A DNA stretch of 63,708 nt, the filler included, from Folioceros fuciformis (taxonomy: Eukaryota): NCBI GenBank assembly GCA_049999805.1. It is 18 parts of 18 records of this genome, joined end to end, with 100 filler letters (N's around TTAATTAATTAA, not from the genome) between each part and the next. Parts side by side here need not be neighbours in the genome. Positions count along the whole stretch, not along the records: positions 35,677 to 42,109 come from JBNGIO010006901.1; positions 42,210 to 43,646 come from JBNGIO010006902.1; positions 43,747 to 44,984 come from JBNGIO010006903.1; positions 45,085 to 47,159 come from JBNGIO010006904.1; positions 47,260 to 60,363 come from JBNGIO010006905.1; 13 more parts are not named here. The stretch is one strand, 5' to 3'. The first letter of the stretch is position 1. Every line of letters begins with the position of its first letter. The position numbers and the translations under genes are program-made. The notes below the pieces were generated by a model. The model made no database searches, was not told where the DNA came from, and was given only the letters and a program-made list of their open reading frames with translations. This document shows, piece after piece, positions 39,034 to 53,200 of this stretch.

Positions 39034-40569
39034 ATGAAGCTCAACGCGAAGGTGCGGCAGGCGCCGGAAGGCTGCCTCCAAATGGCGGTGGCGGGCCTGC
39101 TCACGGTCGGCGGCCTCGTTGCGCTGCTCACCATGATCTGGCCGTCGCTGCTCCTCGGGCCGCGGCCCCCGCGACTGCAGGCCTCAGGAGCCGACTCCGG
39201 AGAGCAAGGCAGCCTCGGAGGCCACGGCCGGCTGCGGCAGTTCACGGAGCACGGCCGGGTGGCCGCTCTCTTCGTTCAGATGGGCGCATACCGAGGCGGG
39301 GACAACACATTCGCGGTCGTGGGCCTCTCGTCCCGCCGGCTGCACGACCTGGGCAACCCTTGGTTCCATTGCGACTGGGCGGAGCCCGGGAGGCGCTCGG
39401 TGCACGGCTGGGTGCTGGTGCAGAAGCCGGACTGGGGGCTGGGCCGGATCTACACCGTCCTGGTCCTCAACTGCTCCTTCCCCAGGCCCGTGGGCACGCG
39501 GGGTCGCGGAGGCTCCCTCCTCCTCACCGCCGGGTACGGCAACTCCGACAACTTTTCCCGCCCGGAGGAGTTCTCGGCGCTGGAGGAGGCCCCGGGGGAG
39601 TACAACCCTCGGCTGTATTCCGGACAGGACGCCCCGGCCTATGACTTCGTCTTCTGCGGCTCGCCGTTGTACGGGGACCTTAGCCCGCAGCGGACTCGGG
39701 AGTGGGTGGCGTACCATGCGCGCCTCTTCGGCCCGAGATCGCTTTTCGTGTTCCACGACGCCGGGGGAGTCGAGGGCGGAGTCCGGACGGTGCTGGCGCC
39801 ATGGGAAAAGCTGGGGCGGGTCGCTGTAGAGAATGTGCGCAACCAGGCCCGGTACGACGGGTACTACTACAACCAGTTCTTGGTGCTCAACGACTGCTTG
39901 CACCGCGCCAGGTTCCTGGCCCGCTGGATCTTCTTCTTCGACGTGGACGAGTTCGTGGCGGTGCCGTCCGGGGAGACGCTGCACCAGCTGATGGAGGATC
40001 TCGGCAACTACACCCAGGTTATGATCCCGCAGCAATTCATGTCCGCCCGATTCTGCGCGGACGAACGGAAAGACTTCGATACTGCGTAAGTGTGTGGATG
40101 AACCCCCGGGGCCTCCACAAGCAATATGGGTTAAATCCGTTAGGGTTTCTTGGCTGATTTGTGTCTCTTGGTGTGTTGTGTCACTCGTGTGCGTGGCAGG
40201 GACGAGGAGCACTGGGCAGTGGAGAAGCTGGTCTACCGGGCGGTGGAGCCGTGGGGCAGGCAGCTGGATCCCAAGTACGCGGTGCAGCCGAGGAACGTGT
40301 TCGCCACCGGGGTGCATCGCACAGAGAATTTGCTGGGATTCACCAAGTTTGCTGAGCCGGATAGGTTGCGATATTATCATTTCCATGGCAGCCTCAACAA
40401 CAGGGGCCCTGCGTGCCTAGAATTCCCTTCCCCGGATCCCAGCAACTCCTCTCTTTTTCGGAGCTCGGATGGCGCCGCGTTTGAGGTTGATTACGGGTTG
40501 GCGCGCTCTATTCCCCTCGTGAAAGAGTTTGAGCTGGAAACGATAGGACGGCAACCCTTCGTTCCATGA
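39034..40569 (+). CDS. GALS: Galactan beta-1,4-galactosyltransferase (GT92/DUF23), copy 2, complete; intron 40086-40199
   Basis: N-terminal TM helix (type II Golgi topology), the same GT92 motifs (FFFDVDE) and the same intron position as copy 1. Confidence 0.95.
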
Positions 40570-43500
40570 GGCATGACAAGTCAAGACTTGCTTGTGGAGG
40601 CCGCAGCCTTGACTCAGCCTGCTTGCGTCCTCCAAGTTCGGCAGCGGATCTCAGAAAGATGTGGCCCGGGAATGAGCTCTGTTGCGTGTTCTGATTTGTT
40701 GCTGCATATGGTTCGACGTTGGACCACATGGCTCACCATGTGTCTTACCAGGGTTGGAACGTGGAGTTCATGGCAACAGGTGGCGGGGTGACTCGGCAGC
40801 TCGCAACAGGCCACAGGTCTAGGGTTGTCCAGTATGTCACAGCATCTTGCAGTGGCTGTTCAGCGTGAAGACAATGAGGGGACGGGCCAACCTGTTTCTA
40901 CCTCCAGGTCGCAATTGAAGCCTCTCTGATCTTCTAGCCGGCATCCGAGTAGGTGACGTCAAATCAGAAGATGCAGACGGATGGCTTATGTTCATTCCGC
41001 TGCTGTCATTTCTCGCAGCACCTCATTCTCTTGGTTACGTCTGTCGCCAAAGGAGAGCCACTGCTCCGCGAGGGCACAGGGCTCTGCATCTTGTATCAAT
41101 TGAACGGCCTACAGTATCTTCACCCCACAATCAGGAAGTGCTCGCTCGCTATAATCTCCACTCTCTCCTGCCTCCATGTGCATGCCAATGAAATCTACCT
41201 AACTATGCGTTTGGACTCCTAGGGTAATCTACTCTCCATCTTCAGCCGAGCGTCCGGAGCCAGTGCACCGAAGGCTTCATCCCTTCCAGGAATGACTCTG
41301 TGTACGGCACAGGTAGATACAGCATTGCTAATCAGGACATCTTATTTCCTTGAAGGATCGAACAGTGTGTACCCCAGATAAGTATCTGTGCGCAGGTGAC
41401 CACACCCGCTCCTGCCTTTCTATCCGTAGGAAGAAGCAAGTATGTATACGAACGGCGCCAAGTAGAGGACAGTCATGGCAGCCGAATCAAATTAAGTTCA
41501 TAAGTCTGTCTCGAGGATGGATGACGGACGGCTCCATGCCGTACTCATGTATTTGTGTTAGCGGCCTGAAGGCGAGTTGAACTTGGCGAGATCAAGTGAA
41601 TTAGAGCCGTTGGCGCAGTTAAGGGTCAGGACTAGACGTTCACTGAAGCCGCGAGAGCCGGAGTCCGCTCGCGAGTGCACGTATAGAGTAGCGGCATTGC
41701 TACATGGTATCAGGAGGCCGTGTTTTCTGCCTTGGACTCCGCTCTGAGAGTCAGACGCGGGGTCCTGTGCCTGCCTTCGTCTTTCCTCCCCGCCTGGCTT
41801 GACCTGGCCTCTCCGATCTCACATCGAGGAGTACGACCGGTCCGACATCTCCCTTGTGCGTCATCCCCAATTCCACAATTTTCTGGGTCCGGCTCGGGCC
41901 CGGCGTCCTGTCCCAAGCATCCGGCGCGGATCTCGTGGCGTCTTTGCATGTTCCGCTAGTCGGTCTGGGTTCTAACGCATCGGATTGCTGCTTCCCGGAA
42001 GGAGCCCGCACTCTGAATCCTGTCGGGAGGACGGGAATGGAGTTGTCGCACTGGGGGCAGGCGGCGAAGGCAGGGCCTCGGGAGGAGGCCCGGGGAGGAG
42101 TGTGTGCGGNNNNNNNNNNNNNNNNNNNNNNNNNNNNNNNNNNNNNNNNNNNNTTAATTAATTAANNNNNNNNNNNNNNNNNNNNNNNNNNNNNNNNNNN
42201 NNNNNNNNNGTGCAGGGGAAGGGGCAACAGGAGGGCAAAGGCGAGGGGGCCGGTGCCGGTAGCGGGGCGTGGAGGATTTTGTCACGGTCTTGTGTTAGCG
42301 GCGGTCCAAGAAGGAGGAGCCCGGGACTCCCAGGCTGGAGGGGAAAAGAAGGGCGAATTGCTGGACCCATGACGGGCTCAAGAAGTTCATCTTCTTCCGA
42401 GTCGACGTCGGCTTGGGCTTGGGCTTGGGCTTGGACTTGGACTTGCACTACCAGGCGACCACATTCGCCAAAGCCTCTCCTGGATGCTCACAAGGCAAAG
42501 CGAAGGCGAAGGCTGGCCAGGTTGCAAGGGCAAGACGAGCTTCCCGCTCCAAGGCTCGCGGCCAACCGATCCGGATCCAACGGATGGCACGTAAACAGCA
42601 GCCGCATCGCACGGCGCGCTGGGTAACTGCCTCCTCGCCAATTGGACTACCCATCACCCAGACCACCACCGGCAGTTAACACCACGTGCCCACCGGCATT
42701 TACCGGTCACTTTGTCCCGTCCATGTGACTATACCGACCCTCTCCGCTTTTCTCATCGCGCTGCTAAACTTCCGACGCACGGCCCCGGCCCGCCTCACCC
42801 GTGCTTTTTCTTCTACCACCTTTAACTTACACCCTACCATATTTTCTTGCGACTACCTACCTACGTACCTACCAACACCTAAACAAGGTAGGTTGCCCAC
42901 AACACTCACAACCAAGTGTATAACTCGATATACAACATATGAGACACACGAGGAGCGTATGTACTACTACTTCTCATGTTAACCGAAAGAAGTTATCTCA
43001 AATTTTGTGAATAAGTATATTATTACTTCTTAAGTTAAATTACATATTAAAATAGGTTAAAAATTTTCACATATATTTTTTATCAATGGCTAAAGAAACA
43101 TTCATTAGGCCGATCACAAAGAATTTGAATTGTAAGATGCCAACATACAAACCTTTTCCACAGCCAAGCTATTATGATATAAGAACTTGGCCTTGTAAAC
43201 TCAAGCAAAAACAAAACTTTCTTTGCCAAAGGCCAGAGGCCATGGTATGGTTACCCCTTATAGTAGGGGCTAAGGTCAATATGCATGTGGTAGAGTGCTT
43301 GAAGGAGCGGTTCTTAATTAAAGAAAGAGCTATCTTCAAAACGCTTTGTGATTTGTTAAATTGTGCAATTATGCAACCCAATGTACCCTAGCTTCATATG
43401 GACATATACGACATAGCCACATTAATTTATGCTTCTCCTCATGAGTTTTATCACCTAAACTTGCATTTCCACACCCGACTTTCCATAAGTAGGATCAAGG

Positions 43501-43746
43501 GTTTCTAAACTCATCAATTTCAAGTGGAGGTTCTAAATCAAGTTTTTAAAAATATGCATTTCTTACATGTGAAGCGATCTAGAAAGAAAGCAATGCAAAT
43601 GCAGAGAGCATTTGCCTAATCTATTGCTGAGTGTACATATGGAGACNNNNNNNNNNNNNNNNNNNNNNNNNNNNNNNNNNNNNNNNNNNNTTAATTAATT
43701 AANNNNNNNNNNNNNNNNNNNNNNNNNNNNNNNNNNNNNNNNNNNN

Positions 43747-44984
43747 TAAGTGGGCAAGGGAAGGAGATGGTCCGTCTAAGTTCTTTTTTGATAAGATGGC
43801 TGCGAATCGGCACAGGTCGCGTATCCCTGCGCTCCCGGACACGCAAGGAGTGGTGCAGGATTTGCTTGAACGTTTGAAAAAGCTCATTACCCTCTTTTTT
43901 GTGGGAATTTTCTCTAGCGTTGGGAAGGTGGCTGGGTGGGAACGACTCTGGTCATCTTCCTACGGGACTTTCTTGGCTAAAGTGTCTGAAGACCAGCGCA
44001 GGGCGCTGGATAAGCCGATTACTGCTGATGAAGTTCTTCAAGCACTGAAGGGGATGCCGAGGAATAAATCCCCGGGACATGACGAAATCCCGCCTGAGTT
44101 TCTGCTTTGGGGGTGGGAGTTTATGGAGCCTTTATTCATGGAGGCGGTGGGCATGATCTGGGAGGAAGGCAGCATGGGGAGCTGGTTTAACATGGGGGTC
44201 ATCGCCTTGCTCCCTAAGCAGGACGCTAGTTTATCAATCTCCAATTGGCGTCCAATCACGTTGCTTACAACTACATACAAGGTGATAGCTAAGGTTTTGG
44301 CCAATCGCATCAAGCCTTTCCTGGATGACTGGATTGAGAAAGAGCAATGGGGGTTCATCCAAAATAGATGCATCTTGTACAACATTCTACTTTTGCGGGA
44401 AGCTAAATATAATACGCAGGTCCAGAAGAAAGCTGCAGTTTTTCATTTCCCTGGATTTTTATAAGGCGTATGACTCCATAGAGTGGCACTTCTTGTGGAG
44501 GTGTCTACGTAGCTTTGGGTTCGGGAATACCTTCTGCAGGTGGATCGCTATTTTGTGTGAAGACGCAGGGGCGAAGGTAGCCGCTGTCAATGGAGCCTTT
44601 ACGGAGCATTTTGGCATCCATCGGTCGGTACGTCAGGGTTGTCCCCTCGCTCCCTTCTTGTTTATCATTGTTACTGACTTCTTCCTCCGAGCAGTCAAAC
44701 AAGACCAGGCTGTCGCGGGTATCTGCACCCCAGACGGATCGCAGTTAAGGGTCTCGGTGTTTGCCGATGATACCCTTATTTTTTCCTTGGCAGAGGAGGC
44801 TTCTTTGAATGCTTTGCTCCAGCAGGTCAAGGTCTTTGGGGAGTTATCGGGTTGCAAGGTCAATTTGAATAAGACCCGCATGATGTGTTTACACACGGAA
44901 GGGGAGCTTCCTCCATGCATTCGGCACATTCGGAGGATGACGCAGGGGTCCTCTCACAAATATCTAGGTCTTCCCTTCCATGAG
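43747..44984 (+). mobile_element. Non-LTR retrotransposon (LINE, L1/Tx1-like) ORF2 reverse transcriptase fragment with a frameshift
   Basis: KSPGHDEIP, NWRPITLL...YKVIAKVLANR, QWGF, LDFYKAYD, RQGCPLAPFLF, FADD, KVNLNKT, KYLG. Frame change near 44440. Confidence 0.92.
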
Positions 44985-45535
44985 NNNNNNNNNNNNNNNN
45001 NNNNNNNNNNNNNNNNNNNNNNNNNNNNTTAATTAATTAANNNNNNNNNNNNNNNNNNNNNNNNNNNNNNNNNNNNNNNNNNNNCGTGACGTGCAGCATT
45101 CGCCGGAACGCCCAACCTGCACTTGCTAACTCTGCTACTTTTTTATTCTTTTTCTTATTATAAAACCCTTGTACAAAACATATCTAATCAATACCCATCT
45201 TTCTATCCAAAGCCCCAACATGGATTTGATTCCCTCGCCACAACCAAAGACAAGGACGTCCATGTATTACCACTATATCTCATTACCAAATTTCACTTCC
45301 TCATATTCAATATAGAATTATGATGAAAAGTGATCCTCACTTATTCCATTCTTTTTTTTTCCTAAACACTTTTTAATTAGTCCTTTCCCTTATATAGTTC
45401 CAAGTAAAGTGCTAGCATGGTAAAGGAACATGGTATCAGCTCTAAAAATAATTTTTTTATTCAAAATTGAACTTTAAAATATTAATATTCATTAATCATA
45501 ATTTATTGATAATTAATAACTTTAATAATTTATGG

Positions 45536-45597
45536 CTAACCCTAAACCCTCATGTCATTCTCCATTCACTAAACCCTAAACTCTAAACCCTAAACCC
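45536..45597 (+). repeat. Short interstitial plant telomere-like (CCCTAAA) / telo-box cluster
   Basis: ctaaccctaaaccct...ctaaaccctaaactctaaaccctaaacc. Confidence 0.7.
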
Positions 45598-46019
45598 ATT
45601 TTTTATGACTTTGATTTAATCTTATATTTTTCTAAATAAGATGCTATAATTAAACTGTGTAAGAAACCCTATCCTACTAATTATGAGAACCCTTTACATC
45701 GTCCTTCACTTTTAAACTTGGCAGACTTAATCCTCTCCATATGAGATAAATCAACTCATTACTTCTTGCTTGTTCTTCTTCTTCTTCAAGTCTTATAGTT
45801 TTGTGATCTTCAATTGGATTATTACATAGAGTTTGGAGCAAGGGCCATCGAAGGGAACAAGTTGTAGGCCTGTGATCTCACCTTTGTCATGTGATCCTAT
45901 TCTTTCTTTGTTTCTTTCAAAGAAGAAGAAGAACATACTTATTTGCCTACTCGCTGAGAAGATTAAGTTTTGGGTGCTTATTGATTGAAAGCGCGGTGAT
46001 CATAGAGAGTGCACACAAA

Positions 46020-46824
46020 ATGAATTCCTTTCCATCGGAAGAAGTGTCACCGTCGTCATCCAACATGCAACAGCTATGGATAAGTCCACCCCAACAAGAA
46101 TCGCGTCCTTGGATCCCTGCCCCGAACAATGTATGGTTTAGGCCATTACCACCAAATGAAGAAGAAGGAGAACAAGAAGAACCACTCTTCTTTGAAGCAC
46201 ATGTTGTTGACAACCAAGATATGGGGAATGCTCCATCAAGGGCCTCAAGTCATTCTATGTCAATCGATGAATTTATTGCTGATATTATAGATAGGTTACC
46301 TGTAACAGCGATGAAGGTATGTATCTCATAAAAAGCATGTTGTTGAGATGTCATACGTATTGCTCTATGTCGATTATATCTTGTTGTAGGAGTTGTCAAA
46401 TTTTTGACCTTGCATGTCTTGCCTAATGTTGGCTCTTGCCACTTCACGTCTTTTTTGATGAATTAATTCTTGTATTATTTCTTACAATTACAATTTTTTC
46501 ATGCAGCCAACAGATCATGTTCAAGACAAATGTGTGTTTTGTTTAGAAACTCCATCATGTGGAGAGAGTGTGAAACGGCTTCCTTGCCTACACTTGTTTC
46601 ACCAAAAGGTAATCAAAGTTTAGTTTTTTGAGTTTGTATCTTAGATGCATCTAAACGTTAACATTTACTACAACTAATTATTTCTTTTATTTTATTTTAT
46701 TATTCTCTATGTGTAGTGTGTGGAGACATGGTTGGCTTCAAATCCTTCATGCCCTATTTGCAAAATCCCCATAGTGAGGATACAAGCACAATCATATGCG
46801 GTAGAACATTTTCCAAAATATTAA
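46020..46824 (+). CDS. Small RING-H2 E3 ubiquitin ligase-like gene, 3 coding exons; RING domain missed by the ORF track
   Basis: Phase-0 GT-AG introns join IDRLPVTAMK-PTDHVQDKCVFCLETPSCGESVKRLPCLHLFHQK-CVETWLASNPSCPICK..., giving a complete C3H2C3 RING-H2. Stop at 46822-46824. Confidence 0.85.
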
Positions 46825-47259
46825 TGATTATGAACAACAAGTATATTATAGTCAAATACAGTTACTATGGTGGTCACATGACTACAATAAAGCAACATGA
46901 ATTAAGACTAGTTAAGTCTCCTTCGTTTAGATTGAAGATAAAAAAATTACGAGTTAAGGGTATTTACCCTTTTTGTATAACCTTATCCCGTTCAGAGAGA
47001 GTTTTGATTGAACATTAAATCAAGCTTACGAAATGCTATTCTAGTCATAGAGTTTGCCTAATTTCTTATCTCAACAAACATAGCAAATGAGACCAAACTA
47101 GAAAACTTAGACATGTGAAATTAAGAAGAGAAGAAGGACCTAATCCCTAAAAAATATACNNNNNNNNNNNNNNNNNNNNNNNNNNNNNNNNNNNNNNNNN
47201 NNNTTAATTAATTAANNNNNNNNNNNNNNNNNNNNNNNNNNNNNNNNNNNNNNNNNNNN

Positions 47260-50200
47260 GGGGCGGAGGTATGGGGACTATGGGTGGGTTCTGGAGGGGT
47301 TTAAGTGTTTGGTGATGTTTGGGGAGTTGTTGCGGGGGCAGCTTGCAGAGCATTATGGTGGAGTTGTGGATGTGTTGCTGGAGAGTTTGGGTGCGGAAGG
47401 GAGGCCAGGGAATTTGCAACGTAGGTGCGTGGTGGGGTTGAGTACGACGGGGCTGACGTCGGGATGCCTGACTTCTCAGCAGTTGCACGGTTTGTTGCAC
47501 CTTAATGTTGAGCTGCTGTCGCTACAGGGGAGTGCGTTGAGTGGAGTAGCTGCTGGCAAGTTGGTGGAGTTTGGGTCCTCGTTTTCGAACCTTCGGCTTC
47601 ATCCTAACCGAACTGTGACGGGAATTGTGTCGGCTACTTACCTGCTGCTGCTGCAGCGGGGTTCTCCTGCTGTTAGGGACGTTGAAAGGTGCCTGGTTGA
47701 TGAGATGGTGGTGCTCAAGGGTTGTTTAGAGCAGAGTTGTGTGACAGGAGGTCGGACCAGGTGGGATGGTCAGAAGGAGCGTGGTTCGATTGGTGACGCC
47801 AAGGGGTTGTTATTTTTGTCGGATGCCGAATGTGTGGCATTGTTCCGGTTTGATCTGATGGCTTTGGTCGGTAGCGTATGTCTGGCAATGGAGACCGGGA
47901 ACATGGCTATAGGCATTGAAGAGAAAGGAAGTTATGCAGGGTCGGATTTGCACTCGCACGGCGTGAGTGTCCTGCTGAGGCTGAACGAATTGAGGAAGTG
48001 TATATGGGAGAAGCTGAATCCATTTAGTAACCCTCTACAGTGCTATCCTGATGTTCAACTCGCAATAGTGCGAGCGCTACACAGGTTGGATCGCGCCCGC
48101 CTCTGGAACCAGCGAGAGCTACCTCCTGAGGATACTAACGAGGTGAAGGAGTTTCTGTCAGCTGATGAAACTAAGCATGAGTTGGGTATAGAGCACCAAA
48201 GGTTATTTTTGTTTGAAAGCAGTCACATAATAGCTCAAGGCTTAAGTGCTTCTGCAAGCCTGTCTGTGAAGCTTGAAGTTTTGAATTGGATCAATAGCTT
48301 GTGCGAGGTAGTCTTCGTTTGCAGGCAAGCTGCCAACAAAGACAGAGACAGTGTGGCAATGAAGAGTGGCATTTGCAACGATTCTGCTGGCGGAGGAGTC
48401 AAGTCACCAGCAGCAGACTCTAGTATTGTGACCATTGGGCAGATAGTCCCTGCTATAGTCCCTGCAAATCTGCTGTGGATGCTCCTTGCAGCAGCGTCAG
48501 ACAAGGAATCGAAGGTGAGAGAGCGTGTGGCAGCAGTGCTGGAGGTGCTTTTACAAGCGGAGGTTATTGACGTATCTCAGGTGCACGCTGTAGCCATTGT
48601 TGCTCTGGAGCAGTTGGGTGACTCTGAGCCGGCATTGCAAATTGCGTACAGGCAAGTCCTGCTTGCCTACGGTCCTGCAGCTTTGTGGACCGACAATGGG
48701 AAGGCTGGTGCTGCAGGTGCCAGCCGTCCTGGCTTTTTTGGGTTCAATGACAGAAAACCTCAACATTGGAAGGCAATTTTTTCCTTGAAGCCATTTTCCC
48801 AACATTTGCGTGCTCAGCAACTCATTTGCATCCTGAATTATGTTGCACAGCGTTGGCAGGTTCTTCCCTCCCATTGGGTGCAAAGATTGGTGCACAGCTC
48901 TCCTAGCTATGTGAAGTCAGGGACCAAGCCTTTGGCAGAAGAAAATGTTCCACAGCATGATACTGTCGTGTCTGAAACCAGTGCAGAAGCCGTGGACCCC
49001 TTGGCGGCTGGGGTTTTTTACTTTCTGTCGAAGGCTTGCTCAAGCAACAACCTTGCAGCGCATTGGTGGTGTATTCAAGAGGCTGCACGCTATTGTGTGG
49101 CTGTCAGGCTCCGCACCCACCTTGGTGGGCCTACACAGACCTTCTCTGCTATAGAACGTATGCTGCTTGAAGTGGCACAGCTTTTGCAAGCAGATGGCCT
49201 GAGGGAGGTTGCAGGGCTTGGCAGTACGTCGAGTGTGCGTTTGTTGCCTATGCGCCTCTTGCTTGAATTCGTGGATGCGCTAAAGAAAAATGTTTATAAT
49301 GCTTTTGATGGGTCTCTAGTGTTACCTGCTGCACCATCTGCAAGTGCTCTCTTCTTTCGTGCAAACAAGAAAGTGTGTGAGGAGTGGTTCGTAAGAATTC
49401 GAGAAGCCTTGATGAATGCCAGCATTGCCATCCAATGTCATGCTGGCACGGTGGATCAAGCAACTTGGCGCTTGCAGGACCTGAGAGCCATGTCAGCCAG
49501 TGTCCTTCGAGAGCAGCCACCTCGTTCACAGATGTCTGACAGCATGAAGTTCAAGGTACAGCAGGATGTTGGCCGTCTTCTTCGGAATGCCTCTCTTGCT
49601 TTGTGCAGAGCACATGATGCCGATGGTTTGGTAGGTCTGCAAGTATGGGCCTCTTCAACCTTTGGTCCTCTCTTTGTCGATGACGGGTTGGTCTTGCAGA
49701 GGGCTAGCAGCCCAATGGGACCATTTGGCTGGATGGATGGGCTTGCATTTCAGGGTCGAGGGCAGTATGAGCAGGCAGCAGCTCACTTTGCTCACTTGCT
49801 GCAATCAGAGGAGGCATTGGGTGCCATGGGAGCCGATGGTGTGCAGTTTACAATAGCTCGGACGATTGAGAGCTATGTAGCAATTGCTGATTGGGAGTCT
49901 CTTGATTCGTGGTTGCAGACTTTGCAAATGCTCCGAGCAAAGCATGCTGGCAAAGCTTACTCGGGTGCTTTAACAACTGCTGGCAATGATATGAATTCCA
50001 TTCATGCTTTGGCCCGCTATGATGCAGGGGACTTGTCGGGAGCTTGGGGTTACCTGGATCTGACACCACAGAGCAGCAATGAACTCACTGCTGACCCTAG
50101 GCTGGCCCTTCAGCGAAGTGAACAAATGCTGTTGCAGGCAATGATGCACTCCGATGTCAAAAGGGAAGATGCCTTAAAGGAGATTTCAACTTCTAGAGCA

Positions 50201-53200
50201 ATGCTGGAGGAAGCGCTGCTGGTTGCAGGAATGGATGGTCTATCTGAGGCAGCGCCTTTTATTGTGCAGCTTGAGTCTGTCAGAGTCTTTGAGGAAGGGA
50301 TGGGTGACAGCTCAGTTTCAGTAGGGCAGCCATTGAAAAGGGCTGTGCTGAGTGCTATGCCTAATGTGATTTCATCTCCATACGAGATTCAGCATCAGGA
50401 TTGTTCCCTTTGGTTGAAACTTCTTAGAGTCTATCGAGCCACAAATCCAAGCTCACAGCTTACACTGCAACTTCAGCAGCAGCTTGTGAAACTGGCAAGA
50501 AAGCAGCATAATTTCAAGCTTTCCCATCGATTACTTCCGTCATCTTCAGTTGAGGAGGTGCTGAATGCAAGAGCTTCGACTGATTCGGGGTGGGAATCAC
50601 TGAAACTAAGTTTTGAGTTTGAAAGTATTCTTCTTGTGTTCGCTGAGGACAAGCAAGATGAAGCAGTTGAAAGATTATGGAATTTTGTCCATGATGATCT
50701 GGCACGCTGTTCACAGGGGCCTCCATTTGAAGCTGTGGATGGGAATAGGAGCTTCATCAAGGCGAAGGCCTGTTTGAAGCTTTCGTCCTGGCTAAGCTGC
50801 AAAAAGCACCATTTGTCTCCAAGTCTGTTGTTGAAGATGTCTCTGGACACACGTGGAAGTGTTGGCTGTGAAGAAGAGAACTTGTCCCAGGTCAGGGGAG
50901 AGTTGACCTGTCCTTCAAGTTTAGAGGAGGTTGTTGGGGCATCAATGAAGGTTGCCACCGCAATTTGTCCAGGAAGGGCCAAAGCCTGGTTTTCGTACGC
51001 CTGCTGGTGCTATGAACATACAAAGGGCTATTTCTCAGGAGCATCTCTGATGCCCAAGCCAACTGCGTTTTCGCAATTACTTGAATCAGAAGTGAATGGC
51101 AGTGACAGCAGTTTGACAGAACGCGAGGTGGCCATTATCCGCCACATCATTGTCACTGCTTCAGGTGGGCAAGCTTCAAGTTTGCTCGTGATTTCCGATT
51201 CAGAAAGTGTTGACGAAGGTAACGCAAGCTATGCTGAGTCCTTGGTTCAGCGCATTGTTTTTGTCATGCAAGCAGCTGCTGGAGCAGCAGGAGTTGAAGA
51301 TTCAGAGGGTGATTCTCCCGCGACTCTCCTTTCTTTCCAGCTGCAGCAGGAGCTGAAGGTCCTTCAGCTGAGTTCATCCCATTGCATCTCCCTTGTGAGT
51401 CAGCTGATGACCATATGGTGGGCATTGCGCCGACGAAGGGTTATTTTGTTTGGCCATGCTGCTCGTGGGTTCTTGCAGTACCTGTCCATGTCGAATTATC
51501 AGCAGAAATCAAGGACTCAGGCCAGTCTATTTGACAGAGGGAAAACAGAGAGGAAGGATACTAGTCTTCTTGCATCCTTGTATGTGCTCCGAATCCTGCT
51601 AAATTATGGTGTAGAGCTGGAAGAATCTCTTCAGCAAGGTCTGTCCATGGTGCCTCCTTCCCCTTGGCAGGCCATCACCCCCCAGCTCCTAGCCCGCCTG
51701 AGCAGTCATCCTGAACTGCGGGTGCGGAAACAGCTCCAAGGATTGCTGATTGCCTTGGCCAATGTTTCCCCTTGGGCAATTGTGTACCCAACTTTAGTGG
51801 ACTACAATGCGTGTGAGGGAAGTCCTTCAGATGAACTACAACATCTCTTAGGTTGCCTGGGAAATCTTCACCCTAAGCTTGTGGGGGATGTGCAAGTGAT
51901 GATTGCAGAGCTAGGATCGATTACTGTTCTTTGGGAGGAGCAGTGGCTAAGCACCCTCCAGGACTTGCACAGTGATGTAGCACGGCGGATCAACACGCTC
52001 AAAGAAGAAGCCACCAGAGTAGCTGAGAATCCTACATTGAGTCACACAGAGAAGGTGCGTATCAATGCAGCCAAGTATTCAGCCATGATGGCTCCAATTG
52101 CTGTTGCTTTGGAGCGTAGACTCACGTCAACATCAAGAACTCCTGCGACTCCTCATGAAGTATGGTTCCAGGAGCATTTTGGAGGTCAACTTAAGGCAGC
52201 AATTTCTGCTTTCAAACTACCCCCAAGTGGGTCGGCATTTCTAGGTGATGCATGGCGGCCCCTAGATTTGATTGCCGCATCTCTTGCAAATTACCAGAAG
52301 AAGTCAGCTACTGTTCTGGCTGATGTGTCTCCGTTGCTTGCTGCTTTGAAGTCATCTGAGGCACCCATGCCAGGGCTTGAAGTAGGTGTTTCAAACCACC
52401 ATGCTGAAATAGGTGGAGGGCTGAAAGGGCCCACTGTTGCTGAAACGGTCACCGTGGCCGCATTAGATGAGCAGGTCCTGATTTTGTCTACTAAGACAAA
52501 GCCAAAGAAACTGTCTCTGGTTGGGTCTGATGGCCAACGATACAGGTACTTGCTCAAAGGCCGAGAGGACCTTCGGCTCGATGCAAGGATTATGCAACTT
52601 TTGCATGCTGTGAATGGTATGCTATCTGCGAGTAGTCACACAAGACGGCAAGGACTCTCTGTGAGGTATTACTCTGTGACCCCTATAAGTGGCAGAGCTG
52701 GTTTAATACAGTGGGTTGATAACCTAACAAGCATGTACAGTGTATACAAGGCATGGCAGCAGCGCACGCAAGCTGCCCAGTTAGCCCCTAATCCTGCAGG
52801 CACTAGCGGTTCTAATGTTCCACCAGCCATTCCACGTCCCAGTGATATGTTTTATGGGAAGATAATACCTGCCCTGAAAGAGAAGGGTTTGCGGAAAGTG
52901 ATTTCGCGGAGGGACTGGCCCCAGGAAGTGAAGCGAAAGGTCTTGTTGGAGCTGATGAAGGAGACGCCTCGGCACGTTCTGTACAAAGAGCTCTGGTGTG
53001 CCAGCGAAGGGATTACTGCTTTCTCCTCAAAGTTGAAGCGGTTCTCTGGAAGTGTTGCTGTTATGAGTATGGTTGGCCATGTTTTGGGACTGGGGGACCG
53101 TCACCTAGACAATATTCTTGTGGATTTCAGTAGTGGCGATGTTATACACATTGACTACAATGTCTGCTTCGACAAGGGTTTACGCTTAAAAATTCCGGAA

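Noticed and set aside
39184-40386. Long antisense ORFs (400 aa here; also 35625-36695, 15682-16596 and 12739-13425)
   Set aside because: These are shadow frames of GC3-rich sense genes and have no independent motifs.
42210-42669. GC-rich overlapping ORFs with QAQAQA or SPSPSP runs
   Set aside because: Hexamer microsatellite in several competing frames. It may be the 5' end of a gene, but no frame can be supported.
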